From Bythopirellula sp. (GTDB lineage: Bacteria; Planctomycetota; Planctomycetia; Pirellulales; Lacipirellulaceae): 64,000 bases of DNA. The translations under genes and the position numbers were made by a program. Below, piece by piece: positions 19,699-29,841 of this stretch; positions within the stretch are counted from its first letter, which is position 1, and each line of letters starts with the position of its first letter. The stretch spans positions 1,760,001-1,824,000 of the forward strand of contig OZ244170.1 of the NCBI GenBank assembly GCA_965216565.1, read 5' to 3'. Under the pieces are notes generated by a model, which did no database searches, was not told the DNA's origin, and saw nothing but the letters and a program-made list of their open reading frames with translations.

Positions 19699-21168
19699 AT
19701 GCCAAGTAACTACACCACCGTCATCGGCCTTGAGGTTCACGTGCAGCTTGCCACCGCGAGCAAGCTGTTTTGTGGGTGTAGTACGCAGTTTGGAGGCGAG
19801 CCCAACACCCAAACGTGTCCCATCTGCATCGGCATGCCGGGGACGTTGCCGGTGATGAATCGCGAGGCGTATGAGTTGTCGCTTAAGACGGCCGTAGCAC
19901 TGAACTGCAATATCCCCGAATTCACGAAGTGGGACCGCAAACAGTATTACTATCCCGACTTGCCCAAGGCGTATCAGATCAGCCAATACGATTTGCCAAT
20001 GTCGGAAAATGGCTACGTCGAAATTTCCGATAGCAAAGGCGAGTTCGAGCCGAAACGAGTGCGTCTGATTCGCGCCCACCTGGAAGAAGATGCCGGAAAA
20101 AGCGTTCACGACGAGGTGGCGGGCAAAGCCGACAGCGAAATCGACCTGAACCGCACCGGGACCCCGCTTTTGGAAATCGTTTCTGAACCGGATATGCGTA
20201 GCTCTGCCGAAGCGCGTGTTTTTCTGCAGGAACTGAAGTTGCTACTCACCTACATTGGTGTCTCTGATTGCAACATGCAGGAGGGGAGCCTACGGGTGGA
20301 TGCTAATGTCAATCTGCATGTGGAATCTGACGAGGGCACGATAGCCACGCCGATTGTCGAAATCAAAAACATGAATAGCTTCCGTGCCGTGGAGCGGGCC
20401 CTCGACTACGAAGCCCAGCGACAATGGCGTGTTTGGCAGGAAACCAAGCAGCGCATCGGCGAGGCGCCCAAGCAAACACGCGGCTGGGACGACGCGTCCG
20501 GCGTCACGCGGGGTCAACGCAGCAAAGAAGATTCGAGCGACTATCGCTACTTCCCCGACCCAGATCTGGTGCCCGTTCTCGCCACGACCGAGCAAGTCGA
20601 CGCGGTGCGCGTCTCCTTGCCGGAATTACCTGCTGCCCTGCGAAATCGGCTCACCAGCGAGCATGGGCTGAGTGACTACGATGCGGATGTGTTGGTGAAC
20701 CAGGGTCGCGAGTTGGTGGACTATTACTTCACGGTTGCTAAAGTGTCTGGCGACTCCAAGGCCGCCTGCAATTGGGTGACACAGGAAGTTTTACGAGAAT
20801 TAAAGGATGGCGAACAATCGATCCATCAATTCGCGATTCCCGCTGACAATCTCGGCGGCATGCTCCAAGCGATCGCTGCGGGGGAACTTCCCAAGGCCCG
20901 AGGCAAAGAAGCTTTTGAACTGATGCTGGCCGAAGGAATTGATGTGGCAGGCGCCATCGGAAAGCTAGGCATCGAGCAAGTCGACGAATCGGCCCTGGAA
21001 GCACTCTGTCAGCAATTGCTAGAGAAAAATCCCAAGGTGCTTGCCGATTTGAAGAACGGCAAACAACAAGCAGTCGGAGCCCTCATCGGTCAGGCGAAAA
21101 AGGAAAACCCCAACGTCGACCCCGGACGCGTGCGACAGATTTGCTTGGCGCTTGCTGAGAAAATGTAA
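19699..21168 (+). CDS. gatB: Asp/Glu-tRNA amidotransferase subunit B
   Basis: Motifs VIGLEVHVQL, YYYPDLPKAYQISQ, HLEEDAGK and DYRYFPDPDL. Confidence 0.97.
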   Translation: MPSNYTTVIGLEVHVQLATASKLFCGCSTQFGGEPNTQTCPICIGMPGTLPVMNREAYELSLKTAVALNCNIPEFTKWDRKQYYYPDLPKAYQISQYDLPMSENGYVEISDSKGEFEPKRVRLIRAHLEEDAGKSVHDEVAGKADSEIDLNRTGTPLLEIVSEPDMRSSAEARVFLQELKLLLTYIGVSDCNMQEGSLRVDANVNLHVESDEGTIATPIVEIKNMNSFRAVERALDYEAQRQWRVWQETKQRIGEAPKQTRGWDDASGVTRGQRSKEDSSDYRYFPDPDLVPVLATTEQVDAVRVSLPELPAALRNRLTSEHGLSDYDADVLVNQGRELVDYYFTVAKVSGDSKAACNWVTQEVLRELKDGEQSIHQFAIPADNLGGMLQAIAAGELPKARGKEAFELMLAEGIDVAGAIGKLGIEQVDESALEALCQQLLEKNPKVLADLKNGKQQAVGALIGQAKKENPNVDPGRVRQICLALAEKM

Positions 21169-21188
21169 TTCTCCGCCTACCATCTACC

Positions 21189-21968
21189 ATGCTCATCACG
21201 CTGACCACTGACTTTGGAGCGAGCAGTCCCTACGTGGCGGCGATGAAGGGCGTCATTTTGTCGATTAGTCCCAACGCGAAGATAGTCGACATCAGCCACA
21301 TTGTTCCTCCGCAGCAAGTGTTGGCGGGCGCGCAGATCCTAGACGAAACAACTCGCTATTTTCCGCCAGACACTCTGCACGTGGCAGTCATCGACCCTGG
21401 TGTAGGGACTTCGCGTAAAATCATCTATGCCGAAATTGGGGCTCAGCGCTATGTCTGCCCCGATAATGGACTACTGAGCCGTCTCAGTGAGAGGGACAGC
21501 CCCGCGAAGATCGTGGAAGTGGCGAATTCCAAGTACTTTCGCGAGAGCGTATCGTCGACATTTCATGGACGTGATATTATGGCCCCGGTGGCGGCCCACC
21601 TAAGCCTGGGAGTTCAGCCCGATGAACTCGGATCGCCACTTACGGAATTACGAACATTGAACTGGCCCGGAGTTGAGAAATTGGCAAACCGTATTCAGGG
21701 AGAGATCGTTGCCATCGACTCTTTCGGCAACCTCGTCACGAATATCACGCGCGAGATGCTTGCCGACGTACCGACTGACGAATCGGTGGCGGTTCGCTGC
21801 GATGGCCACGAAACGCATAGCATTTTCTCCACTTATGCCGAACAACCACCGATGACTTTGGTTGCTCTGATTGGCTCCAACGATCAATTGGAACTAGCAA
21901 TCGTCGATGACTCCGCCAAAATCATGCTCGGTGTCACGGTTGGTGCCGAAGTGGAAGTCTGTTGGTGA
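21189..21968 (+). CDS. SAM hydrolase / SAM-dependent halogenase family (DUF62)
   Basis: Motifs ITLTTDFG, VIDPGVGT, PDNGLL, STFHGRDIMAP and DSFGNLVTN. Confidence 0.9.
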   Translation: MLITLTTDFGASSPYVAAMKGVILSISPNAKIVDISHIVPPQQVLAGAQILDETTRYFPPDTLHVAVIDPGVGTSRKIIYAEIGAQRYVCPDNGLLSRLSERDSPAKIVEVANSKYFRESVSSTFHGRDIMAPVAAHLSLGVQPDELGSPLTELRTLNWPGVEKLANRIQGEIVAIDSFGNLVTNITREMLADVPTDESVAVRCDGHETHSIFSTYAEQPPMTLVALIGSNDQLELAIVDDSAKIMLGVTVGAEVEVCW

Positions 21969-21977
21969 TTGACGCCC

Positions 21978-23336
21978 ATGCCCACACACACTGAAATCAC
22001 CGAGTGGGACCGTCACCACTATTGGCATGCCTTCACCCAAATGGCCGAGTACGAGCCCCTTGTGATCGAACGCGCCGAGGGCGTGTGGCTCTACGATCTC
22101 GCGGGCAAACGCTACCTCGACGGCGTCAGTAGCATGTGGTGCAATTTATTTGGGCACCGCAATCCGAAAATCGACGCCGCCGTTCGGGACCAACTCGATC
22201 GGGTCGCCCACAACACCTCGCTTGGCATGGGCAACAGTACCACGGCAACACTTGCCCGGCGACTTGCAGAGTTGGCACCGGGCAATCTGGAACACGTTTT
22301 CTTTGCCAGCGACGGATCCTCGGCCATCGAAGCCGCGCTGAAGATGGCCTTTCAGTATTGGCACCAACGCGAGCAGCCTCGGCCAGAGAAGACCAAGTAT
22401 GTGGCGCTCGGCGAGGCCTATCACGGCGACACGTTGGGCAGCGCCAGCGTCGGCGGCATTCCGAGGTTTCACGCCTTGTTTTCACCGCTGCTCTTCGAGG
22501 TTATCCGTGCCCCGTCGCCAGGATTCAATAACGGTGCCGAAGCAAGCCTTACGCACCTGGAAGAAATCCTTGCCGAGCATCACCACGAAATCGCCGCGAT
22601 GGTACTCGAGCCACTCGTGCAAGCCGCGGCGGGAATTGTATTTCATCCACCCGGATATCTTGCTGGAGTTCGCGAATTGACGCGCAAATACGATGTGCTG
22701 TTGATCGCCGATGAGATCGTCACGGGCTTGGGGCGCACAGGAAATCTTTTCGCCTGCAATGCCGAGGAGGTGGTGCCCGATTTCCTCTGCCTGGGCAAGA
22801 GCCTCAGCGGTGGCTATCTGCCCCTCTCGGCGACGATCACCAATCCGGAAATCTTCAGCGGTTTCATGGGCACGGCCAGTAGCGGCCGCGCCTTGATGCA
22901 CGGTCATACCTTCGCTGGCAATCCCCTCGGCGCCGCGGCAGCGCATGCCACGCTCGACATTTTGGAGCAGGAAAAGATTCTAGAAAGACTACCAGAGAAA
23001 TTTGCAATCTTGGAAAAAATACTGAGTTGCCTGGCGGTCCACCCGCGTGTAGCCACGACTCGCCAAAAGGGCATGATCGCGGCCGTGGAACTTTCCCCGA
23101 CGGAAAACCCAGCCGACCGCTATCCACCCGAATTGCGAATTGCCTACTCTATCTGTGCTGAAACCCTAAGTCGCGGAGTTTGGCTCAGGCCGCTGGGCGA
23201 TGTCCTGGTGATCATGCCGCCCCTTTCGATTTCTGACGAGGAGCTAGAGTTTTTAGGCAACACGTTGCTAGAAGCCATCGATGTGGTAACAGGCTCGATC
23301 CAATCAAACCAACTCACATCCTCTGCCACCTCATAG
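21978..23336 (+). CDS. bioA: Adenosylmethionine-8-amino-7-oxononanoate aminotransferase
   Basis: Motifs WHAFTQM, DGVSSMWCN, ALKMAFQYW, YHGDTLG, DEIVTGLGRTG and GKSLSGGYLPL. Start is 21969 (TTG) or 21978 (ATG). Confidence 0.88.
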   Translation: MPTHTEITEWDRHHYWHAFTQMAEYEPLVIERAEGVWLYDLAGKRYLDGVSSMWCNLFGHRNPKIDAAVRDQLDRVAHNTSLGMGNSTTATLARRLAELAPGNLEHVFFASDGSSAIEAALKMAFQYWHQREQPRPEKTKYVALGEAYHGDTLGSASVGGIPRFHALFSPLLFEVIRAPSPGFNNGAEASLTHLEEILAEHHHEIAAMVLEPLVQAAAGIVFHPPGYLAGVRELTRKYDVLLIADEIVTGLGRTGNLFACNAEEVVPDFLCLGKSLSGGYLPLSATITNPEIFSGFMGTASSGRALMHGHTFAGNPLGAAAAHATLDILEQEKILERLPEKFAILEKILSCLAVHPRVATTRQKGMIAAVELSPTENPADRYPPELRIAYSICAETLSRGVWLRPLGDVLVIMPPLSISDEELEFLGNTLLEAIDVVTGSIQSNQLTSSATS

Positions 23337-23344
23337 TTCCATCA

Positions 23345-24070
23345 ATGAAGAATCTCCGCTACCTACTGTTCCAGATCCGCGACGTCGATGATCCCATGCG
23401 AGAGCAGGAGGTTGCCACTTTTATCGAAGCCCTGGATTGCTCGCCCGAGCAACTGAAGACGTTCGATCTGTTGGCAGGAGTTCCAGACAAAGCTTTGCTC
23501 GATGAATTTGACGTGATACTCATCGGTGGCAGCGGCAATTATTCGGCAGCAGGCGAGAGCGCCTGGCTGGATCGAACTTTGGAAGGCCTGCGGCAATTGC
23601 ACGCGTTGCGAAAACCAACATTCGCCTCCTGCTGGGGATTTCAAGCCTTCGCACGGGCGGCAGGGGGTCGATGTATTCACGATCCCAAGCATGCCGAGCT
23701 AGGAACCATTGAGCTTCAACTCACCGAGGCCGGCCGAAGCGATCCGATCTTCGGAGAGCTCACCTCGCCCTTCTATGGACAAGCCGGGCACGAAGATCAT
23801 GTGGTCGAGCTTCCCCCCAATGCCATTTTACTGGCTTCTTCCGAGAGAGTGACCAATCAGGCATTCAAGTTTGCCGACGCACCCATCTACTGCACTCAAT
23901 TCCATCCAGAACTAGATTGCAAAGCGCTCGTCGGCAGGCTCGTCGCCTATCCGCAATACGTCGAGAGGATCGCCGGCATGAAGGTAGACGAATTCGTCGA
24001 TCAATGTCGCGATACGCCTGCAACCAGAAACCTACTGAAAAAGTTCTCTGCAATCGCGGCTTCCACGTGA
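23345..24070 (+). CDS. Class I glutamine amidotransferase (GMP synthase-like, standalone)
   Basis: Motifs IGGSG, SCWGFQ (catalytic Cys) and QFHPE. Confidence 0.88.
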   Translation: MKNLRYLLFQIRDVDDPMREQEVATFIEALDCSPEQLKTFDLLAGVPDKALLDEFDVILIGGSGNYSAAGESAWLDRTLEGLRQLHALRKPTFASCWGFQAFARAAGGRCIHDPKHAELGTIELQLTEAGRSDPIFGELTSPFYGQAGHEDHVVELPPNAILLASSERVTNQAFKFADAPIYCTQFHPELDCKALVGRLVAYPQYVERIAGMKVDEFVDQCRDTPATRNLLKKFSAIAAST

Positions 24071-24147
24071 GCCGACGGCGCTAGCCGCGGGTCGAACACC
24101 TTGCAACGTTACCACTTATTCGACCCGCGGCTAGCGCCGTCGGCTCA
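24068..24147. repeat. REP doublet: 29-bp perfect inverted repeat
   Basis: TGAGCCGACGGCGCTAGCCGCGGGTCGAA (24068-24096) and its reverse complement (24119-24147). A second copy lies at 56434. Confidence 0.92.
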
Positions 24148-24163
24148 TTCAAGGGTAACCTTC

Positions 24164-25564
24164 CTAGTAGCGAGGCTGCGGTTTGCGAGGGCGGAAGATG
24201 TCTGTTCCCTTGCCGGGACGATAAACGGCTGGGTCTTCCTTGGCGGAAACAAAGTCGTCCGCCTCGGCTCCCAGACCCAGCGAGACTGTTCGGTTGTCTG
24301 ACTTCCAACCGATCAACTCTAAGAAGTCGAGTAATGCGATAGGCTCGATCCCAAAGGTGTCTGCCTCTTTGCTCATCAGATCCCATGAGCGACGCATGTC
24401 TTGCTGGCGTGGTTCGTCGGGGAATTCACCCAGGATTAAGAATCGAGTGGTGATCGACATTTCGCCATCCATGGTGCCGTTGGGGCCCGGTACGGCATCA
24501 ATCTCGCCACCGTTAATGCGAATGACTGTCTTGAGTTTCTCCAGGTCGTCCCTGCCATCGCCATCCATATCGACAATACCTGTGATGGCATAAGCAACTT
24601 TTCGGCCGGGGCTCCAAACTTGGCTGTAGATCTTGTCACCTTCGACAATCGGATCGGTCGGTGTATCTGAAGTGATGCGTGCTTCGGCCATCTTGGGGCC
24701 TAGTAGACGCGTGACTTCCACCGTTGCTTTCTGGTCTGCCGTGAGCGCGTCGTCTTGCGACGAAGAGAAAATCGTAAAGGTCACCTGGGGCCGCAAGCCA
24801 TCCTTCTCACCCAGATTTATCCAGACGGTACCAGTGCGCTGATTCACCCAACGCACCTCTCCATCGGCTGGTTGCGCAAACGGATCGTCCTCGGGGATCC
24901 CCGTGCGGAGCACCGTGTTCACACGCTCCAGCTTCTTAGCCTGCTCGGTTAGCTCCTTCGCCTCGGCCGAGTGCTCGGCTACCGTTTCGTCGAAACGATT
25001 ACGCTGTTCATCGAGCTGCGAAGCGATCTCTTGATTTTTCGTCGAAATATCGCTGTACTGGGTTTCGAACTTATTTCTTTCGGATGCGGCATCGGCCTTT
25101 ACTTTTTTCAGTTCGGCGAGCGCTTCTTTGATTTGCTCGTCCTTTTCTTTTTCAGTCGCAAGGAGAGTTTGCTTCAGTTTCTTGAGCTGCTCTTTCGCCT
25201 CACCTTCGCTGAGCGAGAGCTTGCGATTTTCTTCAAAGATGTTTTGGAGAATCGTGCGATAGAATCGGCTGCTTTCTTCGAAAGTGCTGCCCCAGCGCTG
25301 CATGTCTTCCTCGAACGATTTTTCGATCGTCGCACTGGAGTCTGCCTCGGCATAACCCATCCAACGCTTGTAACGGTTGGCTTCTTCTTGGAGCTGACGC
25401 TGTGCTGACTGTGCTTCGCTGGAGCGCTGCTCTGCCGCGGTCGCCCTGGCGACTGCGGCTTTGCGATTGCTGTTCACCCAGACAAGCCCAGCCAGGGACA
25501 GTAAGAATGAAATCACCAGCGAGATGATAATGATCTGAAGCGTTTGATTCTCTTTAGTCGCCAT
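24164..25564 (-). CDS. Membrane-anchored coiled-coil protein with beta-barrel and BRCT-like C-terminal domains
   Basis: N-terminal TM helix, about 190 aa coiled coil, VWINLGEKDGL beta domain, then NGGEID...SITTRFLILG...GIEPIALLDFLELIG. Confidence 0.7.
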   Translation of the reverse strand: MATKENQTLQIIIISLVISFLLSLAGLVWVNSNRKAAVARATAAEQRSSEAQSAQRQLQEEANRYKRWMGYAEADSSATIEKSFEEDMQRWGSTFEESSRFYRTILQNIFEENRKLSLSEGEAKEQLKKLKQTLLATEKEKDEQIKEALAELKKVKADAASERNKFETQYSDISTKNQEIASQLDEQRNRFDETVAEHSAEAKELTEQAKKLERVNTVLRTGIPEDDPFAQPADGEVRWVNQRTGTVWINLGEKDGLRPQVTFTIFSSSQDDALTADQKATVEVTRLLGPKMAEARITSDTPTDPIVEGDKIYSQVWSPGRKVAYAITGIVDMDGDGRDDLEKLKTVIRINGGEIDAVPGPNGTMDGEMSITTRFLILGEFPDEPRQQDMRRSWDLMSKEADTFGIEPIALLDFLELIGWKSDNRTVSLGLGAEADDFVSAKEDPAVYRPGKGTDIFRPRKPQPRY

Positions 25565-25984
25565 CTGTTCTCTCGTTACCCAAACTTGTCCGCTAGGGGC
25601 GGTTCGTGACGAATCAGGATCAGTCTTACGAAGTAGAGTCCTGAAAGTGCCAAGTCGATATTGGTCAATTCAGTAATTGTATCCACTTCGCCTAGACCGG
25701 GGCCAAGAGCTGCGTAGGGATTCCGAGCACAACTTCCACAAAACGCCGCCAATCGCCCTAAGTCGAGCTTAATTAGGGGATTAGAGCATGTCAACAAATC
25801 TACTCGGACACAGCGGGGCCTCCCGTCGCCCCTACGTGATACGCCAGCGTCATAATCGGACCTTTGGAATCTACGCAGCATCCCTACCGAGCTCAGACGC
25901 CTTGATAGCCTACGCCAGTACGGTTTCAATACAGTTTCTGCAATTCGCCATGCTGGCGAGGCAGTCTATCACGGCGGAGCACCT

Positions 25985-28831
25985 ATGCCCAAATCATCGC
26001 GACAAACGTCATTACCGGGCATGGAGCCTGACGAAGCCGAAACTCCGCCGAGTGAGAATCAGCCAGATTCTGAGGGATCTCAACCATCTTCGCTCGCCGG
26101 TTGGACAGTCTATGCCGTTGACGCTCACTCGTTAATCTTCCAGGTGTTCCATGCTTTGCCGGACATGACCAGTCCCTCTGGCGAACCAGTCGGCGCAGTC
26201 TATGGCTTTGTGCGCGATTTGATTCAACTAATCGAAACTCGTCAGCCGGACGGATTGTTGTGTGCCTTTGATTTGCCGGGCGGGACATTTCGCAATGATC
26301 TTTACGTCGAGTACAAAGCAAATCGAGGCGAAATGCCTGCCGACTTGGTATCACAGATTCCCAAGATTCGAGAGGTTTTGAAGGCGCTCAGCATTCCCGT
26401 TCTTGATAGTCCCGGGTACGAAGCAGACGACGTACTCGCCACAGTTGCTAAGCAGTGTGATGAACTTGGCGGCGAGTGCCTGGTGGTCACTGGGGACAAG
26501 GATTGCAGGCAGCTGATTACTGATCGCGTGTCTGTATTCAACATTCGCAAGAATAGCGTTTACGACGCGACAGCCTTGATGGATGACTGGGGAGTTCGCC
26601 CTGACCAAGTTGTTGATTTTCAAGCGTTAGTCGGCGACAAGGTGGATAACGTTCCCGGTGTTCCATTGATCGGCCCGAAAGCGGCCAAGGATCTGCTCGG
26701 TCAATATGGCAATCTAGAGAGTGTGCTCGATCATGCCGAGGATGTCGCGGGAGCAAAGAAGCGCCAGAACTTGGTCGAATATCGAGACGACGCCCTTCTT
26801 TCGCAAACCCTGGTCCGCCTGGCCAACGATGTGCCGGTGACTCCAGATTGGCAGGCGACACGTGTCGGTGGGGTTGATCACGATCGCCTGGCTGAGTTGT
26901 TTCGAGACTTTGGTTTTAGGAGTTTGGCGGAACGTGCTGCGATGATCGATGGCGGAGGGCCGAATAAGAATGCAGGACCTCAGATTGAGGCCAATTACGA
27001 ATTGGTCAATACGCCTGACGCCCTCGACTCATTGGTGAAGAAACTCTCTAAGAGCTCGATGATTTCTGTCGACACAGAAACCACCGATGTCGATTCACGG
27101 CGTGCCGAGATCGTTGGCTATGCTCTCTCGACAGAGGCGGGGGAGGGCTATTACGTTCCGGTCCGTGGGCCCGCTGGGGAGAAAGTGCTGGATCCCATTA
27201 AGACTGCCGATACGCTGCGTCCCATCTTAGAAGATGAAGCTATCGCTAAGGTGGGACAAAACTTGAAGTACGATATCGTCGTATTACGAAGTGCGGGCAT
27301 TCGCCTGGCCGGCGTCGCACTTGATACGATGGTAGCGAGTTACCTGCTAGACGCAGGTGAACGAAGCCACAATCTCGATCAGCTTGCTGCACGCTATCTG
27401 GGGCATACGACGGTCAAGATCGATTCGTTGATCGGCAGCGGTAAAAACCAAAGACGAATGGACGAGGTGCCAATTAATGACGTGGCACCCTACGCGGCTG
27501 AAGACGCCGATCTACCTTTGCGACTTTACCCTTTGCTAACAGAGCGTTTGCAATCGGAAGGTCTCAACGAACTTTGTGACGAGGTAGAAACTCCGTTGAT
27601 CGACATCCTGGCTGAACTTGAATATGTCGGCATCCAGGTTGATACCAAGAAACTATCAGAACTTAGCAAGCAGTACGCGGCCAAGCTCCACCAGCTTTCG
27701 GAAGAAATCGAAGAAGCGGCCGGCTATCCGTTGAACATTGGCTCACCGAAGCAGCTTCGTGAGTTGCTGTTCGACAAACTTGGATTACCAGTAATCAAGA
27801 AGACAAAGACCGGCCCCAGTACAGACGCCTCGGTGCTCGAGCAATTAGCGCACCAGCACCCCCTTCCCGCGAAAATTGTGGAGTATCGTCAATATTCGAA
27901 GCTGCTAAATACCTACATCGACGCCCTTCCCACGATGATTCATCCCGAGACGGGACGCGTCCATGCCTCGTTCAACCAAGTGGTTGCGGCAACAGGTAGG
28001 TTGAGTTCGAGCAATCCGAATCTCCAAAACATCCCTGTTCGCACTGCCGAAGGTCGTGAAATCAGAAGTGCCTTTCGGGCAGGGCCGAAGGGTTGGAAAC
28101 TGCTGGCTGCTGACTATTCGCAGATCGAGCTGCGGGTGCTGGCCCACTATTGCCAGGATCAAACTCTCTTGGACGCATTCGCCAATGACGAAGACATCCA
28201 CGCACTGGTTGCCAGCCAAGTGGAGGGAATCGAGCTCGAAGCAGTCGATTCCGATATGCGGCGACGAGCCAAAGCCGTGAATTTTGGGATCATCTATGGC
28301 CAAAGTCCCTTTGGTTTGGCGAAAGCCCTAGATATCTCTCAGGAAGAAGCCGCGACTTTTATAGAAACTTACTTTGCCCGTTATCCAGGTGTTCTGGAGT
28401 TCTTTACCGACACGTTAGTTGCGTGTCGAGAGCAGGGCTATGTGACAACGCTATTGGGCCGACGCCGCGCTGTTCAGGGAGTTCGCGCAGTTCCGCCTGG
28501 GCTTCGCGAGCAAAAAACCGGGGCCCTGCGGCAATTGAATTTGCCCGAAAGGACGGCAGTCAATTCGGTGATTCAAGGCTCTGCCGCCGACCTGATCAAG
28601 CTGGCTATGATCGGCGTTCATCGACGACTGCAAACGGAAACGCTCTCGGCACAAATGCTCTTACAGATTCACGACGAACTCGTTTTCGAGGTAGACCCAG
28701 GGGAAATTGACCGACTGGCAGAGGTGGTTTCAGAAGAAATGAGCACAGTGATTGATCTGGCAGTTCCTTTGAAAGTCGACGTGAAGTTTGGCGATAACTG
28801 GGCTGATTGCCAGCCTTGGCAGGAGTCGTAA
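25985..28831 (+). CDS. polA: DNA polymerase I
   Basis: 5'-exonuclease YEADD, TGDKD and GDKVDN; 3'-exonuclease DTETT; polymerase ADYSQIELR, RRAKAVNFGIIYG and QIHDEL. Confidence 0.97.
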   Translation: MPKSSRQTSLPGMEPDEAETPPSENQPDSEGSQPSSLAGWTVYAVDAHSLIFQVFHALPDMTSPSGEPVGAVYGFVRDLIQLIETRQPDGLLCAFDLPGGTFRNDLYVEYKANRGEMPADLVSQIPKIREVLKALSIPVLDSPGYEADDVLATVAKQCDELGGECLVVTGDKDCRQLITDRVSVFNIRKNSVYDATALMDDWGVRPDQVVDFQALVGDKVDNVPGVPLIGPKAAKDLLGQYGNLESVLDHAEDVAGAKKRQNLVEYRDDALLSQTLVRLANDVPVTPDWQATRVGGVDHDRLAELFRDFGFRSLAERAAMIDGGGPNKNAGPQIEANYELVNTPDALDSLVKKLSKSSMISVDTETTDVDSRRAEIVGYALSTEAGEGYYVPVRGPAGEKVLDPIKTADTLRPILEDEAIAKVGQNLKYDIVVLRSAGIRLAGVALDTMVASYLLDAGERSHNLDQLAARYLGHTTVKIDSLIGSGKNQRRMDEVPINDVAPYAAEDADLPLRLYPLLTERLQSEGLNELCDEVETPLIDILAELEYVGIQVDTKKLSELSKQYAAKLHQLSEEIEEAAGYPLNIGSPKQLRELLFDKLGLPVIKKTKTGPSTDASVLEQLAHQHPLPAKIVEYRQYSKLLNTYIDALPTMIHPETGRVHASFNQVVAATGRLSSSNPNLQNIPVRTAEGREIRSAFRAGPKGWKLLAADYSQIELRVLAHYCQDQTLLDAFANDEDIHALVASQVEGIELEAVDSDMRRRAKAVNFGIIYGQSPFGLAKALDISQEEAATFIETYFARYPGVLEFFTDTLVACREQGYVTTLLGRRRAVQGVRAVPPGLREQKTGALRQLNLPERTAVNSVIQGSAADLIKLAMIGVHRRLQTETLSAQMLLQIHDELVFEVDPGEIDRLAEVVSEEMSTVIDLAVPLKVDVKFGDNWADCQPWQES

Positions 28832-28834
28832 GCC

Positions 28835-29449
28835 ATGCACACGATAGGGTTAGTAGGGGGTATCGCGAGCGGTAAATCGCAAGTTGCGACAGAGCTATCC
28901 AAGCTAGGAGCCAAGGTGCTCGACGCCGATGTTGCCGCTCACCAGGCGATCGATCTGCCTCATGTGAAGGAAGCGCTAGTTGAGCGTTGGGGGCAAAAGA
29001 TCATTGGCACGTCTGGAACCATTGACCGCCAGGCAGTAGCTCGAATTGTTTTCGCTCAACGAGATACTGATCGTTCTGAACTAAGATTTCTCGAGTCGCT
29101 CTTACATCCAGTCATTCGTAAAGATTTTGAGGAACAACTCACCGAGATCTACCAGTCAAAAGGTCCTGCAGTGGTGATCGATGCTCCCCTGTTGCTCGAA
29201 GCGGGTTGGCACGACCTATGCGATACCATTCTCTTCGTCGACGCTCCGGCGTCGGACCGTTACGAGCGAGCGAAGCGTCGTGACTGGACACCTGAGGAAT
29301 TTGCTCGCCGTGAGATGGCTCAAATGCCGATTGAGGAGAAAAAAGCACTGGCAACGCACCTCATCGCCAACGACGGAGACTTGCAAGACTTACAGCGGGC
29401 CACCGAACAGTTTTGGGACGTTATTCAGCGAGAAAACCCGCCTGATTAG
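28835..29449 (+). CDS. coaE: Dephospho-CoA kinase
   Basis: Motifs IGLVGGIASGKS, LDAD, LHPVIR and DAPLLLE. Follows polA. Confidence 0.93.
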   Translation: MHTIGLVGGIASGKSQVATELSKLGAKVLDADVAAHQAIDLPHVKEALVERWGQKIIGTSGTIDRQAVARIVFAQRDTDRSELRFLESLLHPVIRKDFEEQLTEIYQSKGPAVVIDAPLLLEAGWHDLCDTILFVDAPASDRYERAKRRDWTPEEFARREMAQMPIEEKKALATHLIANDGDLQDLQRATEQFWDVIQRENPPD

Positions 29450-29841
29450 AGTGTTCTTAGCTGCTAGCCAACCTGTTCACCGACGTTTGGGCTCTCCCGG
29501 TCTCTTTGCCTAAGTTGGCGAGATTGCCGTAGTCAGCCTTCCCAAAGCCTCCGACGGTTGCCATACTAATTGTATCGATTGTAGCAGTTATGCTATGATC
29601 GACCCCGCCACTTTTCGCTTCGAGAACAAAGAGTAGATCCCCCCCTCGCGACCAATCAAACCCACGTCGGTTTGCTTTACCTTTTTTCGTTTAGATGATC
29701 CCGCATCGATCCTGCGCAGGGTTAGCGACCACTATCATCACTAGTCACAACCTCAACTAACATTCTCCCCTCAAAATACCCCCCCACCTTTTGGCACCTT
29801 CCGCGTGCCAGATTTCAGTCGCTTTTCAGGAGTACCATGTG

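Noticed and set aside
21189..21968. Fluorinase/chlorinase call
   Set aside because: It keeps the Asp/His/Arg residues (TDFG, FHGRD) typical of DUF62 hydrolases and has no secondary-metabolite context
25576..26135. ORFs of 115-117 aa in the spacer before polA
   Set aside because: No motifs or RBS, and they overlap the divergent promoter region or the polA start
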